A DNA stretch of 64,000 bases, taken from assembly GCA_020350205.1 (NCBI GenBank), contig CP070707.1:2812734-2876733 (forward strand), read 5' to 3'. Position 1 is the first letter of the stretch. Each line of letters begins with the position of its first letter. Positions 57,435-64,000 of this stretch are shown one piece after another. Source of the DNA: a bacterium. GTDB taxonomy: Bacteria; Calditrichota; Calditrichia; RBG-13-44-9. The notes beneath the pieces were generated by a model. The model saw only the letters and a program-made list of their open reading frames with translations. It was not told where the DNA came from and made no database searches. A program made the position numbers and the translations under genes.

Positions 57435-60083
57435 TTAACGAACCGCGAAATTCTTTTCAACCTGATCATAAGAATGAAATGAGATGTCTGGAAATCCTTG
57501 TCCATGTTCGTCTGTTATACGGAAATAATACCCCCAATCCATAGAGGAATTTGTTACTTTCAGCAATAGCTTATTATACCCTGGATGCAAAAGGACAGTA
57601 ACCTGATCCCGGTCAATGGTTGCACCCTCTCTGATGTAGTGCTGCCAGATTTTTTTATTATTTAACCATAATTTGCAGGCTTCATCCGTACCCAGACGGA
57701 TTTGTGCTTTTCTCTCCTCGGGGGAATATATATAAACCAGAGCATAAGCAACCGACCAGGCATACTCATGATACAATTCTTTTAAATTGCTATAACCGTC
57801 TTGAAAACCATCATTCATAACTTGCCAGGAGATATTTTTCCCGGCAGAGGAATAGGCAACGTTCATATCTATTTTATTTTCCGGGGGGAAGTTATAATTA
57901 AATCCCGAGCGATTTTCTACTGCAAATGGACCGATAACTCTCCACACCGTATCTGCAGGCAATCCGAATTTTCGGTAAATATTTTGAGTTAATTCTTTGC
58001 TTTCCGAAACAGATGCATACCGCGCAATTCCCAGTTTTATCAAAGTCTCAATATTTCGACGGGGAGATTTTTCGGCTTCTACTAAAAGATTCTGATAGGT
58101 ATCACCAAACTCCGGCTCAGTGGATATAGCATCCATTATTTCATAGACGTATCTCCAGTATTGCCATCTCGGAAAGGATGATTCCAGTATAAAAGTCGAA
58201 AATTCATCACGTTTATTTTTAAATATGTTTTTTGCTTTTTCTATGTCTTGAATTCGGATATATAAAATGCAAAGCCCAATATCCCGGAGCACTGCAATTT
58301 CAGATTGCGGATCCACTTTGAGGCTTTCCAACATTTGTATGCTTTGAGAAAGCGGAAGATCTGTTTCCAACATCGATCCGATCATATCTCCAAATCGGGT
58401 AGGATCATTGATTAAATCTGGCAACTGATGACGCATGCGGGAGAGAGTTTCCTGATGAATTTGCATCGCTGCAGCAGAATCTCTTTCGGATCTATATAAC
58501 CTGGCAAGAGCAAGGGGAACTGTGGTTGATGATGGATCATTTATCATGACTTTTCGATAGGTTTTTATCGCTTTATCGATTTTACCAAATCGCCAATAAA
58601 TCTCAGCCAGAGATTCCTCAACATCAAAATGGAATTTCTGCTCGGAGGGAAGATCATTAAGCACATTTATATATGTATTGCTCTTGTCTTCATTCCCCAA
58701 TTCAAAGTAAATTGTCAAAAGTCGATATGGCAAATAGTAAAAATTGGGCCATTTTTTGAAAGCGGTTAGCAGAAGTGATTCCGCATCATCAAACCGACCT
58801 GCCCTGATCAAGATCTCTGCTTTGCTATCATAGGGATTAGGCTCATCGGGAGCTAACAATTGATATTGGTCAATATATTTCAAAGCGGTGGTAAAATCCC
58901 CTCGTGCTGCATATAAATATCCCAATTGATTATAAATCAATTTTCTATTGGGATCTAATTCCATCACGTATTCATACTCCTGCAATGCTCGATCGAGATC
59001 GTGCAGATACTCGAGATAATAACCGGCTAGTTGAACTCTGAAATTCAGATCGAGTGGAAATTTCTCAACAGCATCCTCTAATAATCCCAGGGCACCCGGG
59101 ATATCCCGCTGATTAAATTTTTGAAGAATTTGCAGACGCAGCTGATCCGGTTCAGACAACTTATATTTATATATATCAGCTTTTTCAAGTAATTTCTTAT
59201 GATCAGAATTCCCTCTACTATCCATTTTCATCATGGCTAATTCAAGATACGCGGCAGCAAAGGTGGTATCATACTTTATGGCATCCTTGTAACAACGTTC
59301 AGCTTCTGCGATAAACAGTTTATCCCGCTTTTCCTGAGCTTCCGAGAAACAACGAAAGGCTTCCACTGAACTAGTCATTTCAGCCAGATCAATTTCGGAA
59401 CCGGCCCCTTTTCCAAAATTAACCCGCAAATTTTCCCGAACTCTGCTGGAAAGTTCATCAACCATGGCAAATATTTTTTCAAGGCTTTCACCCTCTACCG
59501 AACGAACATACATATTTTGTCTGTTATAGACATCTCTCATCTCAATATCAATGAAGAGATGTTCCCGTTCAATATAATATCTGCCAGACAGAACAATTTG
59601 AATTTTAGCTTGCTCAGCAATCTGATCGATTTCGGTTTGATTTTGAAGAGCCTTTTCGTCCTTTCCCTGTTGCTGTGCTATTTCAAGAAAACGGTTAGCT
59701 GATATAACATTAAGTAAGGGTGATTGCTTCATATCAGTCGTGAGCATTTCCATCAAACCACGTTCCAACCAATCCATTGCAGGATCCCCAGTTTCATTTC
59801 TGAATAACACGATTGCAATGGAATGCTGATCCTCAGCCAAGACTTGCAGCACACTGGAAGCGGTCTGGGTGTCCTGACTGGAGGAGATATCACCGGAAGA
59901 GAGTCTGATTTTTTTATCTGAATCAGATTGACAACTAATCAAAAAAAGGAATAGACCAAAAACAGAAAATAACGCCACTTTCATAACAAAGATGTCCTTT
60001 GGAGTATGTCTTTTTAACTTACGCTTTCTTTCAGTTGAGGTTACCAGATTATCAAAATTTATCCATTTTTTTCTTATGTTCAT
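57435..60083 (-). CDS. Membrane-anchored multidomain protein: TolB/FlgO-like domain, TPR repeats, C-terminal beta-sandwich
   Basis: RBS GAGG. Hydrophobic segment ending in LISC; SIAIVLFRNETGDP..DWL..GL.EML..D; TPRs with NP YD..A; C-terminal W..IGPF...AYA..YI.SP....LRLG.D...K.WLN...L.PG.N.LLLKV. Confidence 0.8.
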   Translation of the reverse strand: MNIRKKWINFDNLVTSTERKRKLKRHTPKDIFVMKVALFSVFGLFLFLISCQSDSDKKIRLSSGDISSSQDTQTASSVLQVLAEDQHSIAIVLFRNETGDPAMDWLERGLMEMLTTDMKQSPLLNVISANRFLEIAQQQGKDEKALQNQTEIDQIAEQAKIQIVLSGRYYIEREHLFIDIEMRDVYNRQNMYVRSVEGESLEKIFAMVDELSSRVRENLRVNFGKGAGSEIDLAEMTSSVEAFRCFSEAQEKRDKLFIAEAERCYKDAIKYDTTFAAAYLELAMMKMDSRGNSDHKKLLEKADIYKYKLSEPDQLRLQILQKFNQRDIPGALGLLEDAVEKFPLDLNFRVQLAGYYLEYLHDLDRALQEYEYVMELDPNRKLIYNQLGYLYAARGDFTTALKYIDQYQLLAPDEPNPYDSKAEILIRAGRFDDAESLLLTAFKKWPNFYYLPYRLLTIYFELGNEDKSNTYINVLNDLPSEQKFHFDVEESLAEIYWRFGKIDKAIKTYRKVMINDPSSTTVPLALARLYRSERDSAAAMQIHQETLSRMRHQLPDLINDPTRFGDMIGSMLETDLPLSQSIQMLESLKVDPQSEIAVLRDIGLCILYIRIQDIEKAKNIFKNKRDEFSTFILESSFPRWQYWRYVYEIMDAISTEPEFGDTYQNLLVEAEKSPRRNIETLIKLGIARYASVSESKELTQNIYRKFGLPADTVWRVIGPFAVENRSGFNYNFPPENKIDMNVAYSSAGKNISWQVMNDGFQDGYSNLKELYHEYAWSVAYALVYIYSPEERKAQIRLGTDEACKLWLNNKKIWQHYIREGATIDRDQVTVLLHPGYNKLLLKVTNSSMDWGYYFRITDEHGQGFPDISFHSYDQVEKNFAVR

Positions 60084-60092
60084 TTCAACCTC

Positions 60093-62123
60093 TTATCCGG
60101 GATCATATTGAAAGATTACCATGGTTAAATCATCATGCTGAGGTTGTCCTCCCATATATTTTTCCAGAGTTCTGATTAATTCCTTGCGATAGGTTGAAAA
60201 AGCACCCCGATGATCAATAAAAAACCGCATAAATCGATCCTCTCCATACTCCTCAAGATTTTCATTCATGGCCTCAGTAATTCCGTCCGTGTAGAGAACA
60301 ACCATATCGCCCGGAGATAATTTCACATTTGATTCAGAAATTTTATCCTGAAATAAATCTCCCCGGTTCAGACCCAATCCTATTCCTGACGGAGTGATCA
60401 ACCGGTTCGAGCCATTTGCCCCAACGTAAAGCAGGGAATTATGTCCCGCCCTGGCGAATCTAAACTCACAGTCCTCCCGATCCAAAATACCATAAATCAT
60501 CGTGACAAAAAGGTGACGATCCACGTTGGAGAACAGACTTCGATTAATTTCTTTCAGTAGCTGCTTCGGCGAGGCAACCCGCGGCGCTAATTGAAGCATC
60601 ATGCCTTTAATTTCCGCCATATAGAAAGACGCAGATGTTCCCTTGCCACTTACATCAGCAATGACAATACCCAGGTGATTATCATCCAAACTGAAAAAAT
60701 CAAAATAGTCCCCCCCTACTTCCTGTGCGGAACGACAAAATCCATCAATGTGGAAGTCGTCAAATTGTGGCATCTGGACAGGCAGAAGTTTCATTTGTAC
60801 TTCTCTGGCAATCTCTAATTCACGTTTAAATCGTTCTTGCTCCTGCTGAATTTCATATAAGAGGGTATTATCCAGTGCAAGTGTCGCCTGATTGGCTAAC
60901 ATGACCACAAACTGTTGTTTTTTTGCTTCAAACTGTTGCTGATGAGATGGTAGCACAAAAAATAGCATACCCAATAACTCCTCCTTGACGACCAGGGGTA
61001 TCACCCATCCATTCGGCAAATTCAGATCATGATGCAAAATATCCAAGATGGATTCCGGACAATCATGAATCATAAATCCCGTTACTTTTTCGCGAATATA
61101 TTCCTTTAATTCAGGCGATGTAATAATCGGCGGGAATAAATGCTTTTCCTTTTCAAGTGCTGTGATTTCCTCGTAGAGTGTGGGATTGTTTTTATTGCGA
61201 ATGTACAACCTGGTCGTTGAGGCTCCGATAACTGTACCCATTCGTTCACGGATAATGAGCGCCAATTCCCTTAAAATAAAGGTTCCTCTTAATTCACCAG
61301 CTAAATTTTCAATGATCTGACGCTCCTTTAAACCTTCAACCATTTCATTAAAATTTTCAGAAAGTTGTCCAATTTCATCACTGGTTTCTATGTCGATTTT
61401 CTGCTGCAGGTTACCGTTTGCCACCGCGGTCATAGCCCGGCTTAATCTTTCCAAGGGATCTGTTAACCGGCTGCTAATAAATACCGAAGCTCCTGTAAAT
61501 ATGAATAAAAAGAATGTCGCCAAGCCGATGATCAAATATATCGAATTTCTCTGTTCAGTATTGATCTGGATTAATGAAAAACCGACATGCACACTTCCTA
61601 ATATCCGGTCACCAATCTGGATATTGACGCGCTGGGTACGAAAGTCTTCCCGGCTCTCATCGGCCACCGCCCCTTCATCCAGGCGTCTTATAATTTCTGC
61701 CTCAAGACGCCGGCTTAACTGAGAATATTGAATGTCAATGAGATCATCATTCAAGGCATGGGCTCGCAAGGTCCGGCGGTCATCATAAATTGCTATATAT
61801 ACGATATCCCGGTTAAAATCAATGAGACGTGAAATGTAATTCTGATAGACGGCCCAATCCTGACGGTCCAGCAATTGGATAGTCGCAATATTTTCAGCAA
61901 TTCGTTGTATCTGCATCTCTACCCCGGCCCGCTTATTGTGCAATTCCCGGATGGTAAAGAAGTACGTTATGGTCACAACGATCACCGTCACCAAAATAGC
62001 TGAAAGAAATATAAATTTGGTCCGGAGAGAAATGCTTCTGTGCTCAAGCCACCTCATCATAACTTTAAATATACCATTAAAATTATATTTATCAAACGTA
62101 TTTACCACCGATTCTTCCAACAA
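60093..62123 (-). CDS. SpoIIE/PP2C-family phosphatase with HAMP and GAF domains
   Basis: ELEIAREVQ..LLP, EVGGDYFD, IADVSGKG, RAGH, LYTDGITEA, QHDDLT; HAMP with DEIGQL..NFNEM. Confidence 0.93.
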   Translation of the reverse strand: MLEESVVNTFDKYNFNGIFKVMMRWLEHRSISLRTKFIFLSAILVTVIVVTITYFFTIRELHNKRAGVEMQIQRIAENIATIQLLDRQDWAVYQNYISRLIDFNRDIVYIAIYDDRRTLRAHALNDDLIDIQYSQLSRRLEAEIIRRLDEGAVADESREDFRTQRVNIQIGDRILGSVHVGFSLIQINTEQRNSIYLIIGLATFFLFIFTGASVFISSRLTDPLERLSRAMTAVANGNLQQKIDIETSDEIGQLSENFNEMVEGLKERQIIENLAGELRGTFILRELALIIRERMGTVIGASTTRLYIRNKNNPTLYEEITALEKEKHLFPPIITSPELKEYIREKVTGFMIHDCPESILDILHHDLNLPNGWVIPLVVKEELLGMLFFVLPSHQQQFEAKKQQFVVMLANQATLALDNTLLYEIQQEQERFKRELEIAREVQMKLLPVQMPQFDDFHIDGFCRSAQEVGGDYFDFFSLDDNHLGIVIADVSGKGTSASFYMAEIKGMMLQLAPRVASPKQLLKEINRSLFSNVDRHLFVTMIYGILDREDCEFRFARAGHNSLLYVGANGSNRLITPSGIGLGLNRGDLFQDKISESNVKLSPGDMVVLYTDGITEAMNENLEEYGEDRFMRFFIDHRGAFSTYRKELIRTLEKYMGGQPQHDDLTMVIFQYDPG

Positions 62124-62288
62124 AGTCTAAACTTTTTAATTATTTTACATGTTTCTGGATAATTCAAAATACACTTCCGATAAAAAATGTACTATCAATC
62201 CACCCAAGGTAATAAATGAGGTTTTTGTTGCAAATCAGATCTTGAACTTATATGTTGAGCTGGAAACAAACCGAATGAATGGTTCTAG

Positions 62289-62720
62289 ATGAGCATGATT
62301 TATGAACAAGCTGCTGCCTTGCCGGTACGTCTGGTAGCAAAAAATATACAAATTTTACTGGTTCAGACTCGCAGTGGGGATAAATGGACTATCCCCAAGG
62401 GGATCATTGATCCGGGATTTACCGCCCAGGAGACCGCACTTGCCGAAGCATACGAAGAAGCGGGTTTGAAAGGAGCTTTGCATCCGGAGATATTTGGCAC
62501 TTTCAGTTATTCCAAGTGGCAAGGGACCTGCATAGTGCAGGTTTTCCTCATGAAAGTTTACCAAGAACTTATTCACTGGCCAGAGCGATACTTCAGAGAA
62601 CGCAAATGGGTTAATTTAGAGCAGAGCGCCCGGATGCTTAAATATCCTGCTCTTAGCAAAATTATTGATAAAATCAACAAAGACACACTGAATTCAGCTG
62701 GATTTTGGAAAGACATATAA
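62289..62720 (+). CDS. NUDIX hydrolase (DIPP/Ap4A-like)
   Basis: QAAALP, W.IPKG, EAYEEAG nudix box, WPE...R.R.W. Confidence 0.88.
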   Translation: MSMIYEQAAALPVRLVAKNIQILLVQTRSGDKWTIPKGIIDPGFTAQETALAEAYEEAGLKGALHPEIFGTFSYSKWQGTCIVQVFLMKVYQELIHWPERYFRERKWVNLEQSARMLKYPALSKIIDKINKDTLNSAGFWKDI

Positions 62721-63310
62721 GTGATACAATTTGTTAGTATGATAATCCTGTCATAGGATAAAATGAGTAATGTAGAAGTAAAAATAATATGACAACTCGA
62801 CTGGTTGAGCGCGCAATATCAGGTTTTCAATATAAAACTAAAATGACCGTAGGCTGACTGGGAATAGAGAAATTTTTTTATTGATCAGCAGTCAAAAAAA
62901 CAAACATCGTTCGGGGTACGAGCACCCGGACAATTCAGTTATTTCTGTTTGCGGTTCCCCAAAAAGGTCCCCGCTTGATTGTGATGATGATTCCAAAAAA
63001 ATTCTGTTTCCAAATATTGATGAGTCACTTTCTGCTGAAAATTAGTTAACAATCCCATAGTGACCATTAAAATATGTAATTCCATGCCACATAGTTCATA
63101 CAGGTTTGGTTAATTTATCCGGCCTAGCCCGGGATTTCGGCCAGGTTTGTCTGATACTTCCCTAAATTTTTAGAAAAAAGCTTTATATAAATTGATTTTT
63201 TCTTAAATATGCTAATGGTTGTCTACTTTTCATTTAGTTTTTGGGGGACTTTTCCTTAAATTATCGATTCAGATATTTTGAACTAATTTTAAACAGATTC
63301 ATTCAAATAT

Positions 63311-64000
63311 ATGACTAAACGTATTCAGACCTACATTCACCGTGAAATCAGCTGGCTTTCATTTAATGAAAGAGTGCTCCAGGAAGCAGCCGATCCAACT
63401 GTCCCGCTAATCGACCGCTTTAAATTTCTAGGGATATATTCCTCCAATCTGGATGAATATTTCAGTGTGAGAGTGGGATCTCTCCGCAGAGTTATCAAGG
63501 CAGGAATCAAAGCAAAATCTGAATTTGGGGGTAAGCCGCAGGATATTCTCAAGAAGATTCATAATATCGTGCTGAAACAACGTGATTTATTTGATCAAAT
63601 TTTTAGTGGGCTGCTGGCCGAGCTTGAAAAAGAAGATATTTCGATTATCAATGAAAAGGAACTTAACCCGGTACAGGAAAAATTTGTACAATCTTATTTT
63701 GAGCAGGAAGTTCGTCCCCGTTTGGTACCGATTATGCTCAATTCGCACCCCTCTTTTCCCTATCTCAAGAATGCGGTGCTCTATCTGGCGATTCGACTTT
63801 CCCGACCAGCAGAATCCAACAGTGTTGCCTTCGCACTGATCGAAATCCCGGCAAACATTTTGCCCCGTTTTGTGGTGTTACCAAAAGTAAATCATAAAAA
63901 ATATATTATCATGTTGGATGATATCATCCGGTTTGGCCTGAAAGATATTTTTTCTATTTTCGACTTCAATACTTTTGAAGCCTATACCATAAAACTCACA
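63311..64000 (+). CDS. ppk1: Polyphosphate kinase 1 (partial, runs off the window end)
   Basis: Not in the ORF track. Hand translation gives MTKRIQTYIHREISWLSFNERVLQEAADPTVPLIDRFKFLGIYSSNLDEYFSVRVG, the PPK1 N-terminal motif. Confidence 0.96.
   Translation, partial: MTKRIQTYIHREISWLSFNERVLQEAADPTVPLIDRFKFLGIYSSNLDEYFSVRVGSLRRVIKAGIKAKSEFGGKPQDILKKIHNIVLKQRDLFDQIFSGLLAELEKEDISIINEKELNPVQEKFVQSYFEQEVRPRLVPIMLNSHPSFPYLKNAVLYLAIRLSRPAESNSVAFALIEIPANILPRFVVLPKVNHKKYIIMLDDIIRFGLKDIFSIFDFNTFEAYTIKLT

Noticed and set aside
62289-62720. Apparently degenerate nudix box (first Glu and Arg replaced)
   Set aside because: The catalytic ExxEE core is intact and, as I recall, such substitutions are usual in this subfamily; not evidence of inactivation.
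62721-63310. Possible ncRNA in the 590-bp gap before ppk1
   Set aside because: Only weak, imperfect hairpins; no recognisable RNA family motif.

Overview
A 64 kb stretch of AT-rich bacterial chromosome. By inference it is from an FCB-related lineage such as Calditrichota or KSB1: it has a secreted protein with a YQNYPNPFNP C-terminal sorting domain, MIGKTISHY-type Ser/Thr kinases, and many TPR and ECF modules. No intact prophage, IS transposase, CRISPR array or rRNA was seen. Housekeeping and metabolic content: a MacAB-like ABC exporter, TenA, the gal operon (Na+/sugar symporter, galT, galK), secG next to tRNA-Leu(GAG), uvrC, a TonB-dependent receptor, a Phe/Tyr catabolic cluster (hppD, hmgA, acyl-CoA ligase, phhA, crotonase), a cold-shock protein, two ECF/anti-sigma modules, a SpoIIE phosphatase with a TPR partner, a NUDIX hydrolase and the start of ppk1. 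The standout is a two-gene operon at 11154-12347. It encodes T4 gp19-like / contractile-injection-system tail-tube proteins, and each carries an obligatory N-terminal Sec-type signal peptide. No sheath, baseplate or spike genes occur in the window, so this is a candidate domesticated, exported tube or filament system. Also notable: a putatively sigma-54-driven operon of a helical lipoprotein, two L,D-transpeptidases and a catalytically dead paralog; two decayed kinase genes, one carrying an in-frame nested palindromic insertion; several miniature inverted-repeat and heptamer-repeat elements; and a stand-alone DUF2723/TMEM260-like soluble domain. All family assignments come from motif recognition by eye; no database search was run.
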